In this document: piece by piece, positions 12,865-25,190 of the stretch
Position numbering within the stretch: position 1 is the first letter of the stretch
How the letters are laid out: every line of letters begins with the position of its first letter
Assembly: GCF_036321535.1 (NCBI RefSeq)
Contig: NC_087436.1
Coordinates: 80,664,001-80,728,000 of the forward strand
Reading direction: 5' to 3'
Source: Camelus dromedarius
Lineage: Eukaryota
Length of the DNA: 64,000 bases
The notes under the pieces: model-generated
Told to the model about the DNA's origin: nothing
What the model saw: the letters and a program-made list of their open reading frames with translations, nothing else
The model's database searches: none
Position numbers and translations under genes: made by a program

Positions 12865-13482
12865 AACAGGAGGATAGAGTGGTATGTTTTGGACATTTTG
12901 CCCAAGGCCAACTACACTTTGAGTGCTCATCAATCTTTAAGGATTTCTCTGTGGGACAAGCCTTTTAGTAACAGATGAGGCTTCAATTAGATAGCTAGCC
13001 ACTCTGTTCGATAGTGCTTTCAGTTTTCAAGTTCAGTTCACACAGATAAGATGAACAGTATCTATGGCAACGGCAGATGTGACTCATCCATTCCCCAGCT
13101 TTGTATTTCCTGTGGGACGTTCTGTTTCCTAGGATGACATTTGGGGCAGCTCATATACTCTGTCAGCCATCTGGCATAGCTGGTGATTTGAGTGTTTCTT
13201 CATCTATATCTTTTTAACTTTATAATCCTAAGGCTATGCCTAATGTATGATATCAGTTCACATGTGCTTTAAAAAATGACACAATATTTGCATATTATGC
13301 TAAAATACACTGATTGATTAATTCACTCTTTAAGCATTTACTCAATATGTGTTTCATGGTTAATACTTAAAGATTGATCCTTGCCCTCAAGGATCTTATA
13401 TTCTAAGTGATGATGTTAGTACCTTATTTTATATCATCAAATCTATTTTGTGGTTTAGGTTCTCAAACTTGTATATGGGACA

Positions 13483-13861
13483 GTATTACCCAAGGTTCTC
13501 TGGGAAAACAGAACCCACATGGTGTGTAGATATAGAGAAAGGGAATAAGGAATTGGCTCACGTGATTATGGAGGTTGGCAATTCCAAATCAGCAGCGTGG
13601 ACCAGCAGGCAGAGACCAGGGGAGCCAATGCTCCAGTTCTGGTCCAAAGGCTGGCAGGATGGAGACCCAGGATAGCTGATAGTGCAGATAAAGTCCAAAG
13701 GCATCTCCTGGGGGAATTCCCTATTGCTTGGGGAAGCAAGCTTTCAACTGATTGAATGCAGTCTACTTGGAGGGCAATCTGTTTACTCAGAGTTCACTGA
13801 TTTGAATGCTAATATCATCCAAAAACACCCTCCTAGTTCACACATAAAATTAACTATCACA
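13483..13861 (-). mobile_element. MLT2 (ERVL) LTR
   Basis: AGGTTCTCTGGGAAAACAGAACC...AAGGAATTGGCTCACGTGATTATGGAGG...CATAAAATTAACTATCACA (reverse-complement MLT2 termini). Confidence 0.8.
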
Positions 13862-13874
13862 AGTGCTTAGAGCC

Positions 13875-13899
13875 GATGATGATGATGATGACGATGATG
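13875..13899. repeat. (GAT)n microsatellite
   Basis: GATGATGATGATGATGACGATGATG. Confidence 0.85.
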
Positions 13900-13904
13900 G
13901 TAGA

Positions 13905-14100
13905 TACACTATATTGAGTGTTTAGCATGTGCCCGGCACTCTGCTACTCAGTGTACACCGTTTAATCCTCACATCAACCCTATGAGGGAACTACTTCTAC
14001 TGTTATTTAATAGACGAGGAAAATGAGACTTATAACAGTTAAACAAGTCTTGGTTCTATAATTTTAACCCAGATCTACCTGGCTTGTAGCTTTGCCCTTA
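13905..14100 (-). mobile_element. MIR SINE
   Basis: ATTGAGTGTTTAGCATGTGCCCGGCACTCTGCTA...TTTAATCCTCACATCAACCCTATGAGG...GACGAGGAAAATGAGACT. Confidence 0.75.
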
Positions 14101-14922
14101 ACTATCACAAAGTATCACAAAGATTTGTTTTGGGAGTTTCCTTTGTGCTATCCTCTGAGGTACACTGTTAAGGAGGAATGACATTTCGTTGTACCTTACA
14201 GAGGAGAATTTTTTTTTTATTATTATTTGCAATGTTTTACTTAGTTCTAACTTAAAGTACTGTGGGCAATAGCATTCTAATGTATTAAATTCAAAGTAAA
14301 GGCCTATCACTTTCCACTGGAAAATTTTTATTAGAATTAAGTATATTTCTGCTTCTTCCTATTAAGATGGAAAGGAGATACTGCTCACGAAAGGTTTATA
14401 AAGTGCCTTGAGATCCTCAAGTGAGAAGTACTTCAAGGGGAGGTGTTACTGTGCTGAGTTCAATAATTGAGTCAATTAACTTTATTTCCTCTGATCAATG
14501 TAAAGTGTTAATATAGTTTCCTGGCTCTTCTGACTTAATTGCGCAGGTCATATTATGAATATAAAAGTAATGTTGTCAGGAGAGCTGTGCTAAAAATCCG
14601 TTAGAATGGAAATCATGATCTTAGCCTTCATAAGAATGGAGGAAGTTGGTTGAGTCACACAAAGCATCTTTCAGTACAGTATCTTTCATGTTCCTGGTTC
14701 ACGCAGCATTAATTCTAACTAACTATTTAGTTAACTAGCAAATATTCCTTCAAAAATTTTTATTAAGCATTTCTAATGTGACTGGTGGCTAACACTTGTT
14801 TAGAATTTTATAAAGCAGCTTTACACACATCTTTTTTCCATGCCCACGTTCTGAGATGGAGAGTATTAATTCTTTTCCCCATAAGCACTTATTATTTTTG
14901 CCATGTTTCCACTTCTTTTCAA

Positions 14923-17436
14923 GAGTTACTTTTTTTTTAAAATTTTTTATTGATTTATAATCATTTTACAATGTTGTGTCAAATTCCAGTGTTCAGCACA
15001 ATTTTTCAGTTATTCATGGACATATACACACTCATTGTCACATTTTTTTCTCTGTGAGTTATCATAACATTTTGTGTATATTTCCCTGTGCTATACAGTG
15101 TAGTCTATTCTACAATTTTGAAATCCCAGTCTATCCCTTCCCACCCTCCACCCCCCTGGTAACCACAAGTCTGTATTCTCTGTCTGTGAGTCTATTTCTG
15201 TCCTTTATTTATGCTTTGTTTTTGTTTGTTTGTTTGTTTTTGTTTTTGTTTTTTAGATTCCACATATGAGCGATCTCATATGGTATTTTTCTTTCTCTTT
15301 CTGGCTTACTTCATTTAGAATGACATTCTCCAGGAGCATCCATGTTGCTGCAAATGGCATTATGTTGTCGGCTGAGTAGTATTCCATTGTATAAATATAC
15401 CACCTCTTCTTTATCCAGTCACCTGTTGATGGACATTTAGGCTGTTTCCATGTCTTGGCTACTGTAAATAGTGCTGCTATGAACATTGGGGTGCAGGTGT
15501 CATCCTGAAGTAGATTTCCTTCTGGATACAAGCCCAGGAGTGGGATTCCTGGGTCATATGGTAAGTCTATTCCTAGTCTTTTGAGGACTCTCCACACTGT
15601 TTTCCATAGTGGCTGCACCAAACTGCATTCCCACCAGCAGTGTAGGAGGGTTCCCCTTTCTCCACAGCCTCTCCAGCATTTGTCATTTGTGGATTTTTGA
15701 ATGACGGCCATTCTGACTGGTGTGAGGTGATACCTCATTGTAGTTTTGATTTGCATTTCTCTGATAATTAGTGATATGGAGCATCTTTTCATGTGCTTTT
15801 TGATCATTTGTATGTCTTCCTTGGAGAATTGCTTGTTTAGGTCTTCTGCCCATTTTTGGATTGGGTTGTTTATTTTTTTCTTATTGAGTCGTATGAGCTG
15901 CTTATATATTCTGGAGATCAAGCCTTTGTCGGTTTCACTTGCAAAAATGTTCTCCCATTCCGTAGGTTTTCTTCTTGTTTTATTTCTGGTTTCCTTTGCT
16001 GTGCAGAAACTTGTAAGTTTCATTAGGTCCCATTTGTTTATTCTTGCTTTTATTTCTTCTAGGAGAAAATTTTTGAAATGTATGTCAGATAATGTTTTGC
16101 CTATGTTTTCCTCTAGGAGGTTTATTGTATCTTGTCTTATGTTTAAGTCTTTAATCCATTTTGAGTTGATTTTTGTATATGGTGTAAGGGAGTGTTCTAG
16201 CTTCATTGTTTTACATGCTGCTGTCCAGTTTTCCCAGCACCATTTGCTGAAGAGACTGTCTTTATTCCAATGTATATTCTTGCCTCCTTTGTCAAAGATG
16301 AGTTGACCAAAAGTTTGTGGGTTCATTTCTGGGCTCTCTATTCTGTTCCATTGGTCTATATGTCTGTTTTGGTACCAATACCATGCTGTCTTGATGACTG
16401 TAGCTCTATAGTATTGTCTGAAGTCTGGGAGAGTTATTCCTCCAGCCTCTTTCTTTCTCTTCAGTAATGCTTTGGCAATTCTAGGTCTTTGATGGTTCCA
16501 TATGAATTTTATTACGATTTTTTCTAGTTCTGTGAAATATGTCCTGGGTAATTGGATAGGGATTGCATTAAATCTGTAGATTGCCTTGGGCAGTGTGACC
16601 ATTTTAACAATATTGATTCTTCCCATCCAAAAGCATGGAATATCTTTCCATTTTTTAAAGTCTTCTTTAATTTCCTTCATCAATGGTTTATAGTTTTCTG
16701 TGTATAATTCTTTCACCTCCTTGGTTAGATTTATTCCCAGATATTTTATTACTTTGGGTGCTATTTTAAAGGGGATTGTTTCTTTACTTTCTTCTTCTGT
16801 TGATTTATCGTTAGTGTAAAGAAATGCAACTGATTTTTGAGCGTTAATTTTGTAACCTGCTACCTTGCTGAATTCTTCAATCAGCTCTAGTAGCTTTTGT
16901 GTGGACCTTTTAGGGTTTTCTATATATAGTAACATGTCATCAGCATATAATGACACTTTTACCTCTTCTTTTCCAATTTGGATCCCTTTTATTTCTTTCT
17001 CTTGCCTGACTGCTGTGGCTAGGACTTCCAGGACTATGTTGAATAGGAGTGGTGATCGTGGGCATCCTTGTCTTGTCCCAGATTTTAGTGGGAAGCTTTT
17101 GAGTTTTTCACCGTTGAGTACTATGCTGGCTGTAGGTTTGTCATATATAGCTTTTATTATGTTGAGATATGTTCCCTCTATACCCACTTTGGCGAGAGTT
17201 TTTATCATAAATGGGTGTTGAATTTTATCAAATGCTTTTTCTGCATCGATTGAGATGATCATGTGGTTTTTGTCCTTTCTCTTGTTGATGTGATGTATTA
17301 CACTGATTGATTTGCGTATGTTGAACCAGCTTTGTGTCCCTGGGATGAACCCCACTTGGTCATGATGTATAATCTTTTTTATGTGTTGTTGGATTCTATT
17401 TGCTAAAATTTTGGTGAGGAGTTACTTTTGTTTTAA
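14923..17436 (-). mobile_element. Young 5'-truncated LINE-1 insertion (~2.5 kb) including its target-site duplications
   Basis: GAGTTACTTTT(T/G)TTTTAA at 14923-14940 and 17419-17436; degraded poly(A) tail (T-tract on plus); ~310-nt 3' UTR; ORF2 open across the whole coding portion. Confidence 0.95.
15253..17418 (-). CDS. L1 ORF2p C-terminal part (reverse transcriptase plus Cys-rich domain), 5'-truncated with no real start codon
   Basis: 700-aa ORF with [25 protein letters not shown] (RT catalytic motif), KYLGINL and [18 protein letters not shown]; the frame stays open upstream to the truncation point ([24 protein letters not shown]); the track's 'M' is a GTG/Val. Confidence 0.92.
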   Translation of the reverse strand, partial: LTKILANRIQQHIKKIIHHDQVGFIPGTQSWFNIRKSISVIHHINKRKDKNHMIISIDAEKAFDKIQHPFMIKTLAKVGIEGTYLNIIKAIYDKPTASIVLNGEKLKSFPLKSGTRQGCPRSPLLFNIVLEVLATAVRQEKEIKGIQIGKEEVKVSLYADDMLLYIENPKRSTQKLLELIEEFSKVAGYKINAQKSVAFLYTNDKSTEEESKETIPFKIAPKVIKYLGINLTKEVKELYTENYKPLMKEIKEDFKKWKDIPCFWMGRINIVKMVTLPKAIYRFNAIPIQLPRTYFTELEKIVIKFIWNHQRPRIAKALLKRKKEAGGITLPDFRQYYRATVIKTAWYWYQNRHIDQWNRIESPEMNPQTFGQLIFDKGGKNIHWNKDSLFSKWCWENWTAACKTMKLEHSLTPYTKINSKWIKDLNIRQDTINLLEENIGKTLSDIHFKNFLLEEIKARINKWDLMKLTSFCTAKETRNKTRRKPTEWENIFASETDKGLISRIYKQLIRLNKKKINNPIQKWAEDLNKQFSKEDIQMIKKHMKRCSISLIIREMQIKTTMRYHLTPVRMAVIQKSTNDKCWRGCGERGTLLHCWWECSLVQPLWKTVWRVLKRLGIDLPYDPGIPLLGLYPEGNLLQDDTCTPMFIAALFTVAKTWKQPKCPSTGDWIKKRWYIYTMEYYSADNIMPFAATWMLLENVILNEVSQKEKEKYHMRSLICGI

Positions 17437-19659
17437 TACAATTTTACTGATGAAGTTGAAGATCCAGCCTCCCTTCAGAGATGAGTTTATGACTGCTGAT
17501 TTCCAACGTGTGTGGTTTTCACAGAAATCTTTCTGCTTGGTCTTCCCGTCTCAGGCAGGGAGACTAGCTTTTACCGTCTGCAGTTCTTCATTGGATGAAT
17601 TAATGGGATATTGGTTCTTGTCATTTCCTTTGGAAAGTGTCAATGATCAGATCAGGGTATCAGATTTTTGGAACATTACTTTTGAGAAAATGTTATGTGA
17701 TGAGAAGAAAAACCTTATTAAGCTTTATGTTGGCATTTAGATGAAGTGTTAGACATGAGAGGATCATACGGTAAAGGCATATGATGGCATTTGGGAAAGG
17801 AATTCACATCTGATCAGCTAGTGCTTGCCTAGCCTAGGCCCTATCTATCGCAAAATAACAGTAGCTGGAAATGTCTATCGCAGGGATAAGGTCCCTTTCT
17901 AAACTGGCTTTTCCTCTCCTCTTTAAATACTGTATTCACCTTTCCCCATTAACCAAATTATGCTTTGCTTTGGGAAAGGCTGTCAATGAACAGCCAAATC
18001 ATTCCCAATATGCTGGACTACGGATTGTGCATTAACAAGTCATGAGATCACTATGACTGGATATCGAAAGATCTCAGTTAATGCTTTACTCTAGGAAGCT
18101 AACTTCATTTTTGCTGATACTTGACATCAATGTTCCTGGAGCCCTGAGCTTTGCTATCTGTTTTAGGATTATACAGAGATATTTATATTTCCATATTTTT
18201 CTGGCAAATGCAATGATCATATACACATTAAAATTAATTCCTATGAGCTGAAGGCTTGCAGATCCTCAGAGTTTTATTTTATTAAACACTTTAAAGTTAA
18301 TGAGAAAACCTCTTGCTGACCTTTCAGGGAACATTCTCTATGTCCTCCAGTTCCCACTTGCCTACCTACCCTTTTCTCCTCCACTCTGATGAGGGGAGGT
18401 GTTGAGTGGGATTCATCAAGACATTCTCCAAGCCACATTTTTAGAATGGAGCCCGAGCAGGAGGGGTATCAATCAGACAGCACACTCTTTTCTTCCCTCT
18501 TCTGAACTTTCTGTATAAAGCTGACAAAATAAGATCTGAGACTTGAACTTGGATTTGGAGTAGAAATAAATGGAGCAGACCTGCCGATTCAGGCTCCTTA
18601 GGCCTGTCTGGTGCAGAAATGGAGTTTCTGCTTAGTCTCATCTAGAAAATTGGGGTTTACTGTTGGAGTTTGTGAGAGGGCCCAGGCAGTAATCATGTGT
18701 GACTTTGTTTTATTCATCATATGCCCATATACCTCCTTTATGACATCGTGGGGATGGGTGGGTTAAGGAAGGTTTGGTTATTTATGTGTGTCTGCAAAGA
18801 CCACCATAATACCATCTTAATCTTATTTTAGTGATATCCATTCAATTAATACTTTAATCTAGAGTTTTAATGGACTATCATACCAGGTACACTAAAGGAG
18901 TCTCAAATTAAGCTCACACTGTCCATTTCTACCCCCAAATCCAAAACAGAGTCTTGAATTTGACTATTTACTATTTCAATTCAAAAGTATGAAAGGTCAT
19001 ACTTGCTTTCTTCAGAGAAAAAACAAGGATGAGGACGCATATGGGTTTAGTAGAAGCTTGGAGTAATGGACCAACCAGTAAACCTGGACTCTGATCTTTG
19101 CGGGGAATAGATAAGGGTGGAGGTGAAAAGTTAGAGAATGTTCTTTCACCGGAGGTCAGTGTTCCTTACTCTAGATACAGTCTGAATAATGGTATCCAGC
19201 ACAGATAAACACAGAAACACAATACAAACACACACTGAAAAGTAATGCAAGAACATACTTGAGTTCCTTCCCCCTACCCAGTGCAAATCTAGCCAAAAGT
19301 GCAATTACATCTATAGATAAAGTAATCAATAGCATACCAAATACACCCAATGGAAAGTTTGGAATCCCAATATCTGAGTTTCTAATCTAGCCTATCATTT
19401 TAGAAAGAAGAAAACAAATCTTTTTAACTTAATGTTGACGTTTTGTTCCATTTCTTTCCTAAAGCAGAGCACTTGACACTACTCACTTGTAAGGATAATC
19501 TCATATAAGGACATGTAACATTCCACATGTCTACCTTCTTTTCCTTTTGAAAGTGCTGCAAATCGTGTATGTATTCTATGTTGTATTTATATTCTATGTA
19601 AAGATACGTAAGGGTAACAATTAAATTTAAATACTCTTAAAGAAGATATAAAACAAAAC

Positions 19660-19880
19660 ATTTGACAACATTTATTGAATACTTTCTATGTGCTATTTAT
19701 TCTATTACACTCTTGTTTAACGTTCGCCACCACTGTGTGGCTAGCTAAACTTCATATAGGAAACTAGAGCTATGGGATGTTAACGTTTCAGAGGTCACAC
19801 ACAGTTAGTTAAGTGACAGTCCCAGGATTCTTCCTCAGAACTGTTGTACTCCAGAGCCAGCCTTCCTATTAACTATGCTT
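19660..19880 (-). mobile_element. MIR SINE
   Basis: CATTTATTGAATACTTTCTATGTGC...GGAAACTAGAGC...GAGGTCACACACAGTTAGTTAAGTGACAG...ACTCCAGAGCC. Confidence 0.6.
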
Positions 19881-21519
19881 TTCTGTCTCTCTTGTATACA
19901 GATATCAGTATGGTATAATTTTTCTAGTTTAAATATTTGGTTCTTTTATGAAAATATTGCTACGCTGAACAAATGTCCTCCCAAATACTGGCACTCCAAT
20001 TGTATGCTATTTATTAGAACTCTAAGTATGATGCTATCCAGATGCTAAATTATTGTGAAAAATAATTAAAATTTTTTTTTCACTACTGAGAAGAAACCTT
20101 TACAGTTTTCCTGCTTAAATGTCTGTACAAAATTATCATGCTGTGGTTTCTCTGTATTTTTTTCTGAAGTACATGAGAGTTCTTAGATATTAACATTTTA
20201 TTTAATTTGAATCAGAAATAGATCCAATATTGAATACAAGATCCTGTATCTTTAGAGCTTGAATATAGGATCTAAAGCTTAAATTTTTTCATAAACTCAA
20301 TTTAGAAAATAGTTCTATATGGCTGGAATAGAGAGCCCATGAATATATGGAGAAATAAAGATGTGGTTGAAAAGGTGGATTGGGACTCATTTGTAATATG
20401 GCTCACATGCAAGTGTTGTTGGAACGGTGTGGCTTTTAGCTGTTGGAGTACCCATGCTTCAGAATTAGTCTGCACTAGGCATGGTACCTGAGCACCTAGT
20501 ACGTGCTCATTAACTTTGGAAGGGAAATCAACTCTGCAAGACAGCAAAGTTTTAATAGAACATCATGAAGAATCACAGCTGGATTAATGTCTTATATTCT
20601 TATTTTTAGTAGAAAACGTAGTTCTGGGAAGAAAACATAAAGGAATATTGAAGAATGACTAATTTTAAATTAGGTAATACTGTAAGGAAGTGTGTTTCAG
20701 GAATAACATTTACTGTAATTCCTAGTGCACAGGCAGAGGCTCAAGAAATGTTGAAAATGTTAACAAAGGAATGAATAAATAGTGTACACACAATGTGTGT
20801 GTGTGTACACATGCTCAATGATCATACCAGTAAATGATAAATAGATTTTAAAAAATGAAAGTTTAATATATTCAGATATACTCACATAAAACTCAAAGTT
20901 CAACTTTGGAAAAAATCTAATGGGAAGCCACATTCAAACAAAGCTTATTTTTTATCTTTATCCACTGCTGTTAAATCTTTTCACAGCTTCCTTAAAATCT
21001 CAAGTTCCCAATGCAATACCATAATAATTTGGAAAAGAAAATCTGAAAAACTATGTTGAAGAATAATTAGCATTTAACTGGCTGTGAATGCAAGCATGAA
21101 ACGTCCCAGGAGTAGCAGATAGGAAAAAAACTTAATGAAGAAGAGAAAAGTAATAATCAAAACAACAAAAGATAAGACATGTTATACTTCAGGTTCTAAA
21201 GTCTGAAATACCATTGAAGGTTTCAGTAACAGAGAGTGGCTTATGGGACACATGAACACTCCTGCTTTATTTGTTTGGTTTTGGGAAGCCTAAAAATAAT
21301 CTTGAGTCTATGGAGCAAGTGTGTCTTTGTTAAAGAACAGTTTTAAACCATACCATCCTTCCCCTCCTTCCTCCGTGTATATGTGATCTCACTCTGTATG
21401 AATTGCCTCCTATGTGAGTGTCTTAAGCCAGTTGATTTTACAGGCTGATAAAGATGGTTATGATGACAAATTGTATGCTATGTGTTTCTTATCACAATAA
21501 AAAAGAAAAATAATTGAGA

Positions 21520-22222
21520 TAATCTCAGCTAATTATAAGGATTATTAAGAAAATAAAGCAGGGTAACAGGATAGAGAATTCCTGAGAGGCAATGCTACTT
21601 AGAAAGCCCCTGTGAGCAAGTGACTTTTGACTTGATACCTGAATGACAGCATGGGTCAGCTATGAGTGTCAGAAGGAATGGTAAGTGCAAAGGTCATGAG
21701 GCTGAAACAGATCTGGCCTATTCAAGGAAGAGGAGGAAGGCGGCATTCAGAGGGCATGCAGTCAATCTGTTGAGGAAGGCAGACGCTAGATTCTGCATGG
21801 ACAGGTGGGCAACAGAAAGGAGATTGAATTTCTATGAAGTGCAATAGAAATTCATTGGAGAATTTTAAGCAGTGGATGATATAGTCTGATATATAGTTTT
21901 TAAAAAGTCAGCTAGCTGTAATGAAGAAACAGACTCACAGAGGTAAATATAGAAGCTGGAACATCAGTTAGAAAAATTTACACTGAAATATAGATGGTAG
22001 TGACTTGGACTAGAGCTGAGAAGGCGTGAGGTTGTCAGAATTGGGAAGTATTTTGAGCTAATGACAATTGGATTTGTGGGTGGATTGGATGTGGGGATGT
22101 ATAAAGAAGAATCAAGGATGACGTCTATGCTATTGGCCTGGACATCGAGGGGAAAACTGCGAGGGGAACAGGTTTGGGTTTGAGGGAGTAAGCAGTCAAG
22201 GGTTCGGTTTTAACTTTGTTAA
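21520..22222 (-). mobile_element. L2 LINE fragment (left part)
   Basis: AAAATAAAGCAGGGTAA...AAGTGCAAAGGTCATGAGG...ATTGGAGAATTTTAAGCAG...AATCAAGGATGAC, a typical reverse-strand L2 3' region. Confidence 0.75.
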
Positions 22223-22224
22223 GG

Positions 22225-23305
22225 TCTTTTTTTTAAACTTCTGTATTGAGATATAATTCACATACTATGTAATTCACACATTTGAGTGTACAATTCAAGG
22301 ACTTTTTCGCATATTCACAGAGCCATGCAATCATCATCACAATCTAAGTTTAGAACATTTTATCACTTCAATCCCCCCCAAAAAAACCCTGTACCTATTC
22401 CCCTGCCCCCAGACAACCACTAGCTTACTTTCTGATTCCATAGATTTCTCCAATCTTGGCATTTCATATAAAGGAATATTACAATATGTGGGCTTATTAC
22501 GACTGGATTCTTTCATTTAACTTAATGTTTTCAATGTTATCCATGTTGTAGCAAGTGTCAATCAATCAGTGCTTCAATATTTTTTATTTCTGAATAACAT
22601 TCTATCATAGAGATATACTACATTTTATTTATCCGTTTAGTTTTTGGACATTGGTGTTGTTTCTACTTTGGGGCTACTGTGAATAATGCTGCTGTGAATG
22701 TTTGTATGCAAGTTTTTGTTTGGACATATGTCTTCCTTTCTGTTCAGTATATCCTCAGGAGTGGAATTCATAGGTTATGTACTAAGTCTATGATTAATAT
22801 GTTGAGAAACTGCCAAAGTGTTTTCTAAAGTGGCTGCACCATTTTATAGTCCTACCAACAATAAATAAAATTTCTAATTCCCCCACATTCTTGCCAACAC
22901 TTATCATTGTATTCTTCATTGTAACCATCCTAGTGGTTGTGAAATGATATGTCATTGTGGTTTTGATTCACATTTTTCTAATTACTAATGATGTTGAGCA
23001 TCTTTTCATGTGCATATCGGCCATTTGTATATTTTGTTTGGAGAAATGTCTAGTCAAATCCTTTGCACATTTTAAAATTGGGCTGCTTTTTTTTTATAGC
23101 ATTGCAAATTCTTTATATATTCTGGATACAAGCCTCTTATTAGACATATGATTTGCAAATATTTTCTCCCATTCTTTGGGTTGGATTTTAACTTTTATGA
23201 TGATATTGTTCGCAGCACAAAAGTTTTACATTTTAATGTAGTCTATTTTACCTACTTTTTTTCTTTTGTCACTTTTGCCTTTAGTGTCATGTCTAAGAAA
23301 TGACC
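22225..23305 (-). mobile_element. L1MB-type 3' end inserted into the L2
   Basis: T-tract then ATTGAGATATAATTCACATAC...ACTAATGATGTTGAGCATCTTTTCATGTGC...TGCAAATATTTTCTCCCATTCT. Confidence 0.85.
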
Positions 23306-23490
23306 AGGTTAAATTTTAGCTACATATTAGACATCCAAATGGAGAAGGCAAATAGGCAGTTGCAAATGAGTCTGGACTTCAGAGGAGAGATCAAATTGGA
23401 TAGACATTGGGGAGCAATTGGCATACAGATAGTATTTAAAACTCTGGGACTTTGTGAAAATCACTCAGAGAGAAAGAGAGAGTAGAAGCA
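23306..23490 (-). mobile_element. L2 continuation after the L1 insertion
   Basis: TATTAGACATCCAAATGGAGAAGGCAAATAGGCAGTTG...GGCATACAGATAGTATTTAAAAC continues the L2 colinearly. Confidence 0.7.
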
Positions 23491-23749
23491 GACAAGTCCC
23501 GAAGATACAATTTATAATTATTACACAGAATGTGGGGTTCAGTGTGTGCCCAGAGTGCTGGGGTGGGCCACCGATAAAGAGGATCTAAGTTACCAAGTAA
23601 ATACTAAGACTGCTCAGTTAGGGGGAGCAGATGTCTCCCGGGACGAGTTTAGGAACTCTGTGGACACTGTAGTAAAACTGACCTTTCTCAATAACTGAAG
23701 TAGAATTTTCTCAACATGTCCTTAATTTCCTAAGAAGCTGATCAAGCCC

Positions 23750-24310
23750 CTGTATATGATGATACTGGTCAAAGTGGCAAAAGATTCCATTCCAGCTTGT
23801 TTAAGCTAACAAAGAATTTAGTAGAGAACATCAAGTAGCTCACAGAATCTTTGGCCAGGCTGAAGAAATAGGCACCAGGTCAAATCACCAGCAGCCACGT
23901 CCAGAACCAACCACACACCGGCTGGATGAGAGTGTAGTTTCCGCTGCCTCTGACCCCAGAAGCATGGTGCAGACTTGCCCAGTGTGGGAACTGCTAAAGT
24001 CATTGCTACCACGACCCACACTTTGGATGCCAGGAACTCACCTTCTCTAAAATTGGTACAGGTATCTCTAAAATCGCTTTAGATGCCAGGTACTCAGCTT
24101 TACTGCAGGTTCTACTGCTACCTCTTAAAGCAAGCTACTCAACTGCCACTGGCATTAGGGAAGTTGATGCCCAACATTTAGCCTGTTTCTTCCTGTTATG
24201 AATTGAATCCCCTTGTGGGTGACCCTGCTTAGTGAAACCAAGGTCATCTGTTTGCATCCTAGATGCCCAGGATAGTGGGAAAATTGATTTCCTGAATATT
24301 GTCTTGGGAC
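23750..24310. mobile_element. Old MaLR/ERVL LTR-like element
   Basis: CCAGCTTGTTTAAGCTAACAAAGAATTTA...GTAGCTCACAGAATC and repeated GATGCCAGG.ACTCA modules; family not resolved. Confidence 0.35.
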
Positions 24311-24889
24311 GACAAAACTCACAATGAAGAAATTCATAAACTACAGAGGATGTTGAAAAGGTGATGGGGGGCCACTTGTGAGAAGTCTCCACTATAAAGT
24401 GCCATGTACACCTACCCATTACAGCACCTCACTATGACCTGAGGGGCTTCTTTCCCAGGTATCATCTAATTGATAAAGGCTACTGTTTAAGTTCCTCCAT
24501 TTAGAAGTGACAACTTCTCCATCTATATATAATGCAAGCTGAACTGTATTTGTGAATTCACGAGTTTATCAGCTATTTGCTCTTCTTTTAGAACAGGCCT
24601 TAGAACTGATGGTGAGTTGTTATACATATGGGATGTTACACACATTTTAATATACAAGAGCAGCTCTGTGACCTTACATTATTGAGCATTAATAATTTCT
24701 CTCCATAGAGAAAGAAATTTTATGATGCTATTCATTTAATAAGATCTACATGCATTATTTTTGTCTGACATATCTGGCAAAGAAAAGTCACCATAAAGAA
24801 GTAGTACTCACCATTTATTTATTATAAATCTTCAAAAAAGTAATTTAATGAGGCTTGAGTAAAAAATTTGGCTTTGCTTACTCACTGAC

Positions 24890-25190
24890 TTTTTTTTTAA
24901 ACTCAACTTCACTGAGGTATAATTTACACAAAATGGAATAAACCTTCTTTCAAGTTTGATAAATTTTGATAAACATATCCACTTAAATAATCATCAGCCA
25001 CAATCAAGATATAGAACATTTCCATAGCTCCCCCAAATTCCTTTATGCTCCTTTATATCATCTCACCTCCCCAGCCCTATGAAAATGCCAATCTATTTTT
25101 TGTCACTACAGATATTGATTTTTCTCCAAATTACTGAGGCATAATTTACATACAAGATAATGCATTCATTTTAAGTGTGCAGTTCACAAT
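24890..25190 (-). mobile_element. Old L1M 3' end fragments
   Basis: T-tract then ACTGAGGTATAATTTACAC...CAATCAAGATATAGAACATTTCCAT; second copy ACTGAGGCATAATTTACATAC. Confidence 0.65.

Noticed and set aside
15746..17221. Plus-strand ORFs of 186, 65 and 118 aa
   Set aside because: Antisense to L1 ORF2; known shadow frames of L1 sequence
17381..17740. 119-aa ORF crossing the L1 5' junction
   Set aside because: Begins in antisense L1 and runs into flank; no recognisable domain or splice support
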